Part shown: piece after piece, positions 1-9,072 of the stretch | Position numbering within the stretch: the stretch's first letter is position 1 | Layout of the letters: every line of letters starts with the position of its first letter | Source: a virus | Virus record (IMG/VR): IMGVR_UViG_3300020162_002681 | Location: 64,001 to 128,000 of that record | Length of the DNA stretch: 64,000 nucleotides | Direction: 5' to 3' (one strand) | Program-made: the position numbers and the translations under genes | Notes under the pieces: generated by a model | Told to the model about the DNA's origin: nothing | What the model saw: the letters and a program-made list of their open reading frames with translations, nothing else | Database searches by the model: none

Positions 1-78
1 GCCACTAATTCAGGCAGCGACGTTACTGTTACAATAAGTACAACGACAGGACTTTTTGAATACTTTAATCTGATATAA
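1..78 (+). CDS. 3' end of an upstream structural (tail-fibre-like) gene, partial
   Basis: Frame 1 reads ATNSGSDVTVTISTTTGLFEYFNLI and stops at TAA 76-78, just before the next ATG at 81. Confidence 0.55.
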   Translation, partial: ATNSGSDVTVTISTTTGLFEYFNLI

Positions 79-80
79 AT

Positions 81-461
81 ATGGCTTCCCCTAATTTTGC
101 AACATTTCCTAGAACAGAAGCAGTAAGAATTTCTACTGCAAACGCTAATAGAGATGGTACAGGCACTGTAGCGGATTTATGGGTTGCACCTGCGGCTGGA
201 AGTCGTATTGACAAGCTTTCCTTTATGGCTACAGGAACAACAAGTGCGGGAATGATTAGATTATATACGAAAAAGTCCTCTGTTTATAGATTTTACAAAG
301 AATACCAAGTTACTGCTACTACACCATCAGATTCAGCGCTTGCTTTCAATATGCAATTAAATGGTTTAGCTATAATTCTTGGTAATGCGGTAACTTTGTG
401 TGTTTCTACCAGTAAAGGAGAAACTTTTGATATAACCGCAGAAGGTGGGGATTTCACTTAG
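81..461 (+). CDS. Phage tail-fibre-associated structural protein
   Basis: 126 aa, beta-rich; ISTANANRDGTGT N-terminus resembles small proteins next to phage fibre genes; tightly coupled to neighbours. Confidence 0.55.
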   Translation: MASPNFATFPRTEAVRISTANANRDGTGTVADLWVAPAAGSRIDKLSFMATGTTSAGMIRLYTKKSSVYRFYKEYQVTATTPSDSALAFNMQLNGLAIILGNAVTLCVSTSKGETFDITAEGGDFT

Positions 462-1478
462 ATGAACTACGGAACTTTTGGAATTATCAACCCCAATGGA
501 AATGGATTGGTTGGTGGATTAAATGCTATCAACAAAGCAAGTATAACTCAAACTTCTCCTCCTAATACCTTATATTTTGACTCTAATTATTTAGGAAGCC
601 CTTACAGAGCAAGATATTTTTCGTCTATAGATAAAATTATGGTAGGTTTTTATGCTGCTAGTGGATATACCTATCCTGTAGTAGTAAATCCTAATAATAA
701 TAGTGTAGAAGCAGTGATTCCTTACACTATCTCTGGTGATGCAATGAAAGGTGTCACAGATATAGCTATGAATAGAGATAAGTTATATTTCCTTTCTTAC
801 AATGACAATCCTAATAGAGTTTATGTAACAGATGCAAACAGCTATTTTATTTCAGGTTGGCTATCTGTAGGGGGTTTTCAGTGTGCGGAGATACTCTATA
901 GTTCTACGACTGATAAATTTTACTTCCCTAATTCGGGCAGTGGTAATTGCACAACAATGAATACTGCTACTCAAACATTAAGCACTACTTTTACTGGGCT
1001 GGCAAATTGCTCTGGTGGTTTAGTTGTTGATTCTTTAAATAAATTGTATCTATCTTCTTATGGCTCAAATTTTGTAAACATATATAATTTGACAACCGAA
1101 GTTCTAATAACCTCGATTAGTTTGAGTCTTGCTTATGATTTAGCATATTGCCCTGTAAATAATTATATATACGCTTGCTCATACAATGTAAGTGCCCCTC
1201 TAGTGAGAGTTATAGATGGAACAACTAATTCTGTCGTAACTACTATAAATTTAAGCGCAGGACATAGACCTTTTTCTATAGAGTACAATCCTAGCAATCA
1301 GCTAATGTATGTAGGAGGTGTCAGTACTATTCCTATAGCTATAATAGACCCAAGTAGTAACACTGTTATTCAAGAAAGACGAGATTTTATTACTGGTTAT
1401 TATCCAACATATTGCCCAACAAGAAATTCTATATATTTCTGCGACTCTAATTTAAGGCAACTTAGGGAGATAATCTAA
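462..1478 (+). CDS. YVTN/YncE-like beta-propeller protein, possible receptor-binding component
   Basis: Repeated blades such as AYCPVNNYIYAC, VRVIDGTTNSVVTTI, IEYNPSNQLMYVG; noticeably AT-rich. Confidence 0.7.
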   Translation: MNYGTFGIINPNGNGLVGGLNAINKASITQTSPPNTLYFDSNYLGSPYRARYFSSIDKIMVGFYAASGYTYPVVVNPNNNSVEAVIPYTISGDAMKGVTDIAMNRDKLYFLSYNDNPNRVYVTDANSYFISGWLSVGGFQCAEILYSSTTDKFYFPNSGSGNCTTMNTATQTLSTTFTGLANCSGGLVVDSLNKLYLSSYGSNFVNIYNLTTEVLITSISLSLAYDLAYCPVNNYIYACSYNVSAPLVRVIDGTTNSVVTTINLSAGHRPFSIEYNPSNQLMYVGGVSTIPIAIIDPSSNTVIQERRDFITGYYPTYCPTRNSIYFCDSNLRQLREII

Positions 1479-4177
1479 TGACGGTAATCAAACCTTCCAA
1501 TACTTACTACTATCGAGTTAAAGCTGTAAATCTTAACGGTGAATCGGCTTACTCAAATATAGTCTCCGTAACTACTCCCGCATCCTCTATTAGTGTCGGA
1601 ATTACTCCTCCTTCACCATCGTCACCAGTAATTATAGCGACAGAAAAAAATAGTAACTCAATTAGAGTAGAAATACAAAAAAATCTATCTAATGAATACA
1701 TAAAAGAATTAAAGCTTGACGTATCAGTAAATTCAGACTTCAGCGCCCCACTTTATTCTGGACTGACATTCTTGCTTACGCAAAATATTGTGGCGACAGA
1801 AAAGGAAACTCTGGCACTTACTATTGGAGGCTTAGCGGCAAATACCCTTTACTACTACCGCTTACGCTTCTCTAATGCAACTGGACTCTCTGCATGGACT
1901 TCATCTTCCCTTACGACTATAACTAATTTCCCTATTCCCGACCTCTTAGGCATAACCAACCTCACTGCTATTGCGGCTAGGCTTAATTGGGGCAAAGTAA
2001 CAGGAGCGACCACTTATTTTGTAGATTTGGCGACTGATTCTGCATTTACTTCCTTAATTCTTAGTAATGTTAACGCTGGCGATGTCAGTTTTCGCGATGT
2101 AGGGTCATTGACGGCGCTCACTCAATATTATTATCGTGTAAGAGCCTCTGATGGCACAACAACCTCATCTAGCAGCAATGTAGTTACTTTTACGACGCTC
2201 CATGACGCTGTAACGTATGATGACCAATTTCAAAATCTCGCTATACCGAGCATCAGCAATATCACTGATATCTACCTAACTTCCTTTTCTGCCTCTTGGA
2301 ACACAGTGACTTTGGCTGACAGCTATAGCATCCAAGTATCAGTAGCTTCAGATTTCAGTAGTATCGCTCAGACTATAGCAACAAAAAACACTTCAGCAAG
2401 CTTTGCTGGATTAACTGCTGCAACCGTCTACTATGTGCGTGTTAGGGCAATTTCTACGTGGCAAACGACTGCATATTCAGCAACTCAAGTCGTTACTACA
2501 CTCTCATTAAATGGTTCTCTTAATCCTCCTCAATTATTGACCCCAACTACTATTACATCTCGCAGTATCTTGTTCCAATGGGTTCTACGCAGCTATGCAA
2601 CCAGATATTTGTTTGAGTTAAGCACTTCATCTATTTTTGCTTCCATTGCTTACTCAACTATTGTGGGGAATGTCGGGTCTTTGTTGCTAAATGAAGGTAT
2701 TAGTCCTGCAACAACCTATTATTCGCGCATCAGGGCGCTTAATTCTAGCCAGTCCTCGGATTACTCTAATTCGGTCACTACAACGACCTCCGCAGCCCTT
2801 ACAAGCATCACTGGAGTCACTACAACTAGTATTACCGATACTTCGGCAGTCATTGGCTGGACTTTGAATGGGAGCTACACTGATTATTTACTTTCTGTGT
2901 GGAAAACGGAGTCAAATGCTTACTTAGGGGTTAGTTTTTACCGTAATAAGAGCCTCGGTAATACCAATACACACACAATTGACCTATTTCTAGAGCCAAG
3001 CAGCAATTACAGCTACACAATCACTGGAAAAACAGCGTCTGGGGACACAAAAACGACTGCAATACAGACATTTTCTACAAAAGCGGCTGCACCTATACTA
3101 CAACTAGCTAAAAATCTGCTCACTTGGACTTATAACCTTAATAATTTAGAAGTTAGCACTGATTCGGACTTCAAATTCTTACTTAAGGGGTATCCAAGGG
3201 CTGTCACCGATAATGGTAGCTTCAATGTAGAGAATTTGCTCGATTCCAGTACCAATTACTATATTCGAGGCAACTACAATGGAGGCATTTACTCGAATGT
3301 GGTTAGTACGCCAGCTTTAGGAGTCTACAAAGGCATTATTGGTAAAACTTCTTTTTCTGCTTTCTGGAAGCGTAGTGTTGGAGCTACTTCCTATAGCGTT
3401 CAACTCAAAGTGCTAGATACGGGCAATTATGTGCCTGTAAGTGGCTTCACGTTCCCTAAAAACATAGGAGATGTGAGTAGCTATGCATTTGAATCCCTCT
3501 CACCAGACACTCAATATCAGGTAATAGTTTATGACTCCAATTCAAACGTTTCTATCCCATACTTATTCAAGACTAACTTGTTTAGTGATTCAACAGAACC
3601 TAGTACTGCATCTCTTACGATTCCTACAATAACTCTTAGTGGAAGTGCTGATTTTGACCGAGCTAACATAGTGTTAAGTGGTTATTCCAAGTATCTACTC
3701 AATTTGGCGAGAGATAGTGCATTTACGCTCGACAATACTTATTTTGAGAGTAGTTCTAATGACTTAGAATTGCTACTCAAACCTAATCGAACATATTACT
3801 TACGTGCTTATGGATATAACGGAACTAACCGCACAACTTTGCCCTCGACCACACTTACAATCAATACACTAGCCGAGCCGTACACTGAGCTGACTATTTC
3901 TTCAGCACCAAGCATTATTAACGTTAATATATTAGATGAAAGTCAAGTTGAACTAACATTTAGCCAAGTAACCAATGCAACTGACTACACCCTTGAAATC
4001 AGCCGAGCCAATACATTTACTATTCTTGAAGAACTTAGTGTGACGAGAAGTGCCGATAACAAGTTTCTCGTAAACGGACTTTCAGGGACAATAACTTATT
4101 ATTTAAGAATGTATGGTTTTAACAACCACAAAATTTCAACCTATTCTTCTACAGTGACTGTAGATACTACACCATAA
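1478..4177 (+). CDS. Fibronectin type III repeat virion protein
   Basis: Multiple FN3 signatures (W..V..AT.Y....., L...T.YYYRVRA) across 899 aa. Confidence 0.85.
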   Translation: MTVIKPSNTYYYRVKAVNLNGESAYSNIVSVTTPASSISVGITPPSPSSPVIIATEKNSNSIRVEIQKNLSNEYIKELKLDVSVNSDFSAPLYSGLTFLLTQNIVATEKETLALTIGGLAANTLYYYRLRFSNATGLSAWTSSSLTTITNFPIPDLLGITNLTAIAARLNWGKVTGATTYFVDLATDSAFTSLILSNVNAGDVSFRDVGSLTALTQYYYRVRASDGTTTSSSSNVVTFTTLHDAVTYDDQFQNLAIPSISNITDIYLTSFSASWNTVTLADSYSIQVSVASDFSSIAQTIATKNTSASFAGLTAATVYYVRVRAISTWQTTAYSATQVVTTLSLNGSLNPPQLLTPTTITSRSILFQWVLRSYATRYLFELSTSSIFASIAYSTIVGNVGSLLLNEGISPATTYYSRIRALNSSQSSDYSNSVTTTTSAALTSITGVTTTSITDTSAVIGWTLNGSYTDYLLSVWKTESNAYLGVSFYRNKSLGNTNTHTIDLFLEPSSNYSYTITGKTASGDTKTTAIQTFSTKAAAPILQLAKNLLTWTYNLNNLEVSTDSDFKFLLKGYPRAVTDNGSFNVENLLDSSTNYYIRGNYNGGIYSNVVSTPALGVYKGIIGKTSFSAFWKRSVGATSYSVQLKVLDTGNYVPVSGFTFPKNIGDVSSYAFESLSPDTQYQVIVYDSNSNVSIPYLFKTNLFSDSTEPSTASLTIPTITLSGSADFDRANIVLSGYSKYLLNLARDSAFTLDNTYFESSSNDLELLLKPNRTYYLRAYGYNGTNRTTLPSTTLTINTLAEPYTELTISSAPSIINVNILDESQVELTFSQVTNATDYTLEISRANTFTILEELSVTRSADNKFLVNGLSGTITYYLRMYGFNNHKISTYSSTVTVDTTP

Positions 4178-4183
4178 AACATC

Positions 4184-4315
4184 ATGAAACACTTTGCAGA
4201 ATTTGAGAACATTTATCAAACTGGATTGAAAAATCTCCTGACAAACAACACAGAACCTGCTGTGAAGAAATACATCAGAAAGAAGAAAGAACAGGCAGAG
4301 ACAGAAAAAGAATAA
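4184..4315 (+). CDS. 43-aa micro-protein beginning MKHFAEF (not in the ORF track)
   Basis: ATG 4184 to TAA 4315, 6 nt after the FN3 gene stop: MKHFAEFENIYQTGLKNLLTNNTEPAVKKYIRKKKEQAETEKE. Confidence 0.65.
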   Translation: MKHFAEFENIYQTGLKNLLTNNTEPAVKKYIRKKKEQAETEKE

Positions 4316-4498
4316 TAGGGCGCAGACCAGTTTCAGCTTAACGTGGTAGAGGCTTGGTCTGCTGTTTCGGTTCCTAGTTTGAGCATACTTTCGCATAGGC
4401 TTAAGAACCCTGTTAAAAATCGGATGCCCCAGACTGCAAATCGTTCCCGCGAATACCCATAACAACTTTTTATATAGAGTGTAATTAATATAACACAA

Positions 4499-6040
4499 CT
4501 ATTGTGCTGGCGGCGCTCCCTCTTCAGGAGGATATGCTTCGGCTCCACCTCCTTCTGGTGGGGTTGGGGGCATCTGCATCTGCTGTAACTGTGCCTGTAG
4601 CTGTACAACTTGTGTTTGGTCTTGTAGCTCCTTCTGTATTTGGGCTTTGAGGGCATCTTCAGCTTTTTTCTCTTTCTCAGTTTCGTCGAGAGAGGGCAGT
4701 CCAAGATTTTTGTAGATGAGGTTAAGAACTTGGACGTTATTGGTGTCAATGATACCACTTGCCATGAGCGAAGTGATGGTGCTGAGACGACCATTTACAG
4801 TAGCTTGGTCTTCCTCTACATCGAATACAAACTCGCCCCAATCTTCGCTGAACCAGCTTGAAGGGAAGTTATCGTGAAGCAAGCCACGAATCATCTTGTG
4901 AATAATTTCGTGCTTGAGAGTTGTTGTCAGTGCAAAAATGGTTGAGTCAAAGGTCATCTTGAAATTCTGACCAAAGCCGTTATTGCCTAAATTTGTCGTG
5001 CCAGAGCCACTGTTAACATCAAAGATGCCTGAAGGTATAGCGAAACTGGATTGAATGCCTCTGTCGATGTATTCTAGTGCCTTGAAATGATTGTCGCTAG
5101 TGTTTTGTATTTGAATGCGTTGCAGGTCTACATCACTATCGGTGACAATAAACCCACGTTTTTGTATATCTTTCAATTGGTAACTGAGCGCGATTTGCTT
5201 TGTCACCTGCATAGGCTTTTTAGTTTTTTCATCGATTTTTACTTTGCCCTGAGCATCCACTAAGGTTGTTGTACCATTGGCAGGGGTTTTTGCCCATAAC
5301 AGACCTTCGCTGTCATTTTTGATGCGGAGAGCTAGGTGTGTGAGTACCACGCGCTTTAATTTGTAATACGGCAAAGCTGAAACCCCGTCTCCCACACCCC
5401 ATACAGCCGTTTTATCGAATGTAGCTCCGCTATTATTTACGATGTGCAAGCATTTGGAATAAGGTATCTTTACTTGCTTTCCAGAACCATTATCATATAA
5501 AATCCACTCAATTTTCCCAGAACTTTTAGATGATTTACCAAAAGATATGATTTGGTCTGGATTTAAGACGTTTAAATTTGCAATTCGCCACTGCCCCCTG
5601 TATCCTCGCAACTTAGATGATTTGGTAAATTCTACTACAGCCACCCCATGTAAAATAACTGAACTAAAAATTTTAAATATTGTTTGTTTGAAGCTTTTAG
5701 ATAAAGTTTTTAAGTTACTATTAACAAAAGCCTCTATTTCTTTCTTGGGATGTGAATATTCTCCGAAACTGCTGGCGCACCTCAAAGCCTTAAAAGCTAA
5801 ACACTGACTGACTATGGGGTCTTTCGCAGCCATGATGGATAAGTCCTTAATGGCGGGACGCTCGACCTCCTGTGGGTGGTTTATCTCAGCAAAAGCTAAT
5901 CCTGTGAGCGCCGCGATTTCTGTGCTATACATCCCTTGGACGGAGGCATTGAGGGGCGTAGGAGTGCCAGCAAAAAGTAACTCGTTATCAAGTTCTGCAA
6001 GATTAAGTTCTAACTGGTTGACTTCTTGGAAAAGAGGCAT
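4499..6040 (-). CDS. Portal protein (Mu gp29/DUF935-like)
   Basis: 513 aa; DPIVSQCL, ILHGVAVVEF and WGVGDG motifs; acidic, Pro-rich C-terminal tail typical of portals. Confidence 0.8.
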   Translation of the reverse strand: MPLFQEVNQLELNLAELDNELLFAGTPTPLNASVQGMYSTEIAALTGLAFAEINHPQEVERPAIKDLSIMAAKDPIVSQCLAFKALRCASSFGEYSHPKKEIEAFVNSNLKTLSKSFKQTIFKIFSSVILHGVAVVEFTKSSKLRGYRGQWRIANLNVLNPDQIISFGKSSKSSGKIEWILYDNGSGKQVKIPYSKCLHIVNNSGATFDKTAVWGVGDGVSALPYYKLKRVVLTHLALRIKNDSEGLLWAKTPANGTTTLVDAQGKVKIDEKTKKPMQVTKQIALSYQLKDIQKRGFIVTDSDVDLQRIQIQNTSDNHFKALEYIDRGIQSSFAIPSGIFDVNSGSGTTNLGNNGFGQNFKMTFDSTIFALTTTLKHEIIHKMIRGLLHDNFPSSWFSEDWGEFVFDVEEDQATVNGRLSTITSLMASGIIDTNNVQVLNLIYKNLGLPSLDETEKEKKAEDALKAQIQKELQDQTQVVQLQAQLQQMQMPPTPPEGGGAEAYPPEEGAPPAQ

Positions 6041-6067
6041 ATCTATAGTGAATTTTATCGATTAACC

Positions 6068-6805
6068 TCATTGTACCTTATTAGACATATAATTACGCTT
6101 CTCTTCATCGGTAGCATTTCTCCATCCAGACCATTTAGGGTCATTAGATGCAATTCTGGCAGACACAGTTTTAGGAAATACATTTTCCGCTTCTGCTGCA
6201 AATTTTCTTGCCGCATAGTATTTCCCATCGACTATAATAGCTACACACATAGGATGTTTTTCTCCACTACGAGAGGCGCTTAATCTAGCTTTAGCTTCTT
6301 TTGTACTGTGAGCAGCCGCAATCTTAGCTTTGGTCGCCTCTGTATGATGCTTCCCGTATAAGTGGTGATTCACTCCTCCATTTGCCGCTCTAAATTTTTC
6401 CGTACTTTCAGGTCTACTACGTCCCGCCGCAATCTTAGCCTTATGCTCTTCACTTTTAGGTTTGCCTTTAGTTGCAGCACTTATCTTTGCTCGGTGTTCT
6501 TCGGTAATGGCAACTCCTTTACACCCAAAGCCACCAAGACATATATTATAAGTATCTGGGCGACTAACAAACTCTTCAGTGACCATGTTGGCTTCCGCTT
6601 CATAAGCATCTTCAGCGCGACTAAATTCAGCTAGTGTAGTTCTAGTGAATTTATCTTTACCATACTTTTTCATGGCTAACTGCAAACCATCTCCACTACC
6701 GAGATAATGCCTAGATTTAGAGGTATTTTGAAGCTTATGAACCCCCACATAAATCTTGCCATTCACCAAATTTTCAGTACGATACAATATCCAAGTCTCA
6801 GCCAT
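6068..6805 (-). CDS. Free-standing GIY-YIG (Seg-like) homing endonuclease with NUMOD3 repeats
   Basis: ILYRTENLVNGKIYVGVH...YLGSG...YNI catalytic domain; repeated (H/K)(T/S)EEHKAKI motifs. Confidence 0.9.
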   Translation of the reverse strand: MAETWILYRTENLVNGKIYVGVHKLQNTSKSRHYLGSGDGLQLAMKKYGKDKFTRTTLAEFSRAEDAYEAEANMVTEEFVSRPDTYNICLGGFGCKGVAITEEHRAKISAATKGKPKSEEHKAKIAAGRSRPESTEKFRAANGGVNHHLYGKHHTEATKAKIAAAHSTKEAKARLSASRSGEKHPMCVAIIVDGKYYAARKFAAEAENVFPKTVSARIASNDPKWSGWRNATDEEKRNYMSNKVQ

Positions 6806-6859
6806 TGCATATATCCCTTTTTAATGTATAATTAAACTATAACACATTGTGAGTACAAA

Positions 6860-7006
6860 ATGCGTCCTGATAAATCAAAACGGCTGAATGCGAAATTATC
6901 CGTAAAAAGACATGAAAAATTGGCAAAATATGCTGAGTCACAAGATAAAGATATGACATCAGTGATAGAGTGTTGGATTGATAGTTTACCTGAAGTACTA
7001 GAGTAA
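6860..7006 (+). CDS. Small ribbon-helix-helix (CopG-like) protein of cyanobacterial type (not in the ORF track)
   Basis: MRPDKSKRLNAKLSVKRHEKLAKYAESQDKDMTSVIECWIDSLPEVLE; beta-strand plus two helices; divergent from the GIY-YIG gene. Confidence 0.75.
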   Translation: MRPDKSKRLNAKLSVKRHEKLAKYAESQDKDMTSVIECWIDSLPEVLE

Positions 7007-7009
7007 ATA

Positions 7010-7756
7010 ATGCCTGATTTCACTTTTCCAGTAGTCGAGGGACATACTTTTCTTGCGCCGAGGAATTTTGTAGGAAAACCATTCTCTACGCTATTTATTG
7101 CTGATGATAATGATGCCCACTATCGCTTGAATGGCACGTATGACAAGCACTTTGGGTTGTATATATTAACAAACATTATAGGTGCAAAAACCGACTACAG
7201 ACCCAGCATCAACCTAATTAATGCAACTGGCACTGAAACAAAGCTAAAAGGTGCAGCAACCCCGACAATATTCAAAGAAAAGATAAACAGGCGTGAATAC
7301 GGCAAAAAAAATGATGTACACCCCACTCTCGGCAATCGAAATCTCGCCTTCAATAAAATTTACTACAGAGAATTTCTAATCCCCAAATTTGACCCACGCT
7401 ATTCTCTGGTTGTAGATAGCAAATTCATCACCAACACAATTCAAAAGCCAGCCGACCAGTTTACTGACCTTGGAGCAAGTCCTAGCAGCGTCTTTGAGCC
7501 ATTTGCAAGAGGTAGCTTAGTAAAGTATTCCAATCAGTACTGGAGATGCCTACAACCCACAAAAGCCTACCCTAGCAGTGAAAATACAGATTGGCAGCAA
7601 CTGCCGCAGCAACAATCGGTGTTTACGGCTGATATTTACTCGATTTTTGGCAGTAACGTGCAATTTTTACAAACTTACAGTGAAGACCGAAATTTTCGAC
7701 CAGAGCAGCAAGATACCTCTCTGGTTGCATATAATGTTTCATGTTTTTATGGTTAG
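7010..7756 (+). CDS. Hypothetical protein with a small carbohydrate-binding (CBM5/12-like) module
   Basis: FARGSLVKYSNQYWRCLQPTKAYPSSENTDWQQL matches the G..V.Y....Y.C.......P....W pattern. Confidence 0.55.
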   Translation: MPDFTFPVVEGHTFLAPRNFVGKPFSTLFIADDNDAHYRLNGTYDKHFGLYILTNIIGAKTDYRPSINLINATGTETKLKGAATPTIFKEKINRREYGKKNDVHPTLGNRNLAFNKIYYREFLIPKFDPRYSLVVDSKFITNTIQKPADQFTDLGASPSSVFEPFARGSLVKYSNQYWRCLQPTKAYPSSENTDWQQLPQQQSVFTADIYSIFGSNVQFLQTYSEDRNFRPEQQDTSLVAYNVSCFYG

Positions 7757-8025
7757 ATAGTAATTATGAATATCTTATTTATACTATTAGCTGGTATCTC
7801 TCTAGCTACAACGCTTCTCGCTCTTTACACTTTACTTCTATGATTATATTTCTTTTGGTTTTAGTGGTGCTTGGGATAGTTCGTATGATTTTTTACAAAG
7901 AAATTTTAGATTTAATCGAGAAAAATAAATGATTACTTGGATTTTGGCGATTCTGCTTGTATTAGTTACAAGTTTTGCAGTTTGGCTTGTTTGGCAACTT
8001 ATGAAATTTGTTCCTCGGAGATAAT

Positions 8026-8439
8026 ATGTCTAAATGCTCAACACTACGATTTAAAATTTATTCGCGAGACTACGACAAACTCCGAAAGCACACCGACAAC
8101 CTTAATACAAATCCTGCTACACAAGCTCGTTTGTGGGTACAGCAGCAAATTAATAGATTGCCCGATGAAGTTGAAGAACGTGACCCAGACTTTAAACTGG
8201 AGCATCTTGAGTCTGCTCTACAACACTGGGGATTTATTAAAATAGATGCTAATCAATGTGCTCCTGAATACTGGTTTTCTAAGGTACTTGATAGGCAATT
8301 AACTGTTGTAGAGCTTAATGATGGAGTTTGGCTTTCTTATACTCAAGGAAGAGACTTAATACCTAATTACCACGCTTTTCCACATATTTTGCGACGTAGA
8401 GTGAGTTTATTGATGTCAACTCACACTATTAGACCATAA
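8026..8439 (+). CDS. Hypothetical protein, possible N-terminal RHH DNA-binding domain
   Basis: Likely start MSKCSTLRFKIYSRDYDKLRKH... (ATG 8026) within track ORF 8008..8439. Confidence 0.5.
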   Translation: MSKCSTLRFKIYSRDYDKLRKHTDNLNTNPATQARLWVQQQINRLPDEVEERDPDFKLEHLESALQHWGFIKIDANQCAPEYWFSKVLDRQLTVVELNDGVWLSYTQGRDLIPNYHAFPHILRRRVSLLMSTHTIRP

Positions 8440-8476
8440 TATGAGTCTTAAGACAGATATATACGCATATAGTATG

Positions 8477-8485
8477 TGTTATATT
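8477..8485 (+). promoter_or_regulatory. Extended -10 promoter (TGnTATATT) for the tRNA cluster
   Basis: TGTTATATT ends 5 nt before the first tRNA. Confidence 0.45.
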
Positions 8486-8490
8486 AACAA

Positions 8491-8571
8491 ATGAGGTACA
8501 TTAGCGACAGTCAGGCTTAAGTGGTTCATACCCACTCACAACAGTCAGTGCAATTCTGACACCTCACCCCA
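8491..8571 (+). tRNA. tRNA-Met (CAT), atypical and initiator-like, CCA encoded
   Basis: Acceptor ATGAGGT/ACCTCAC with 1:72 mismatch; anticodon stem AGTGG/CCACT, loop TTCATAC; T-stem GTCAG/CTGAC; ends CCA. Confidence 0.7.
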
Positions 8572-8575
8572 ATTT

Positions 8576-8658
8576 GGAAGGTTGAACATAGGCACGTTAA
8601 GCTCTTTGCTAAAGAGTCGAGGGTAATACCTCTGTAGATTCGACTTCTACACCTTCCG
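8576..8658 (+). tRNA. trnS: tRNA-Ser (GCT)
   Basis: Acceptor GGAAGGT/ACCTTCC; loop TTGCTAA; long variable arm GAGG/CCTC; T-arm GTAGA-TTCGACT-TCTAC. Confidence 0.85.
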
Positions 8659-8661
8659 TTT

Positions 8662-8742
8662 GGAAGAATGCGCTCATGGGGGCAAACGGTCTTGAAAACC
8701 GCGCTAGGGTCACACCTAACAGTTCGATTCTGTATTTTTCCT
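8662..8742 (+). tRNA. trnS: tRNA-Ser (TGA)
   Basis: Acceptor GGAAGAA/TTTTTCC; CGGT-CTTGAAA-ACCG; variable arm TAGG/CCTA; T-loop TTCGATT. Confidence 0.85.
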
Positions 8743-8761
8743 TTGGCAATCGATTGCCAAA
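8742..8761. repeat. Perfect 20-bp palindrome TTTGGCAATCGATTGCCAAA
   Basis: Equals its own reverse complement; directly follows tRNA-Ser(TGA). Confidence 0.9.
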
Positions 8762-8770
8762 AACAAAACA

Positions 8771-8990
8771 CCCTTCCGAGTGTCTCGGATTGCTTAGTGA
8801 AAGTGGCAGCTTCAACGCTGCGTCTAGCCGCATAAAGGCTAGGCTACCACAGGTGGAGACGGAAGCTAATATTGGTGTTCATAACAATAAGAGTTGCATT
8901 ACGTGAGTATGCAAAGTTGGGGCTGGTAATACTACAGGCTGTCAGAAGGTTCCAAGAACGGTTGCAAAACAGTTGAGAGCTGACCTCTTA
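8771..8990 (+). ncRNA. Candidate structured ncRNA inside the tRNA cluster
   Basis: Dense nested stems: TCCGAG/CTCGGA; GTGG...CCAC enclosing GCAGC/GCTGC and CTAGCC/GGCTAG; TATTG/CAATA; TTGCAT/ATGCAA; a GCAA-capped stem; no credible ORF. Confidence 0.5.
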
Positions 8991-8998
8991 TTTAACTT

Positions 8999-9072
8999 GC
9001 GGAACTAGCTCAATTTGGTAGAGCAAGCCCCTTCCAAGGGAAAGGTTAAGAGTTCAAGTCTCTTGTTTCGCT
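8999..9072 (+). tRNA. trnG: tRNA-Gly (TCC), weak anticodon stem
   Basis: Acceptor GCGGAAC/GTTTCGC; D-arm GCTC/GAGC; loop CTTCCAA; T-arm AAGAG-TTCAAGT-CTCTT. Confidence 0.85.

Noticed and set aside
4136-4861. Track ORFs 4136..4498, 4333..4794 and 4640..4861
   Set aside because: They overlap the portal or FN3 genes and lack protein-like features; likely shadows
8771-8990. tmRNA or RNase P RNA (GGGGCTG and GTGAAAGTG words)
   Set aside because: No tRNA-like 3' end, tag ORF or GAGGAAAGTCC P4 element found; kept only as an unknown structured RNA
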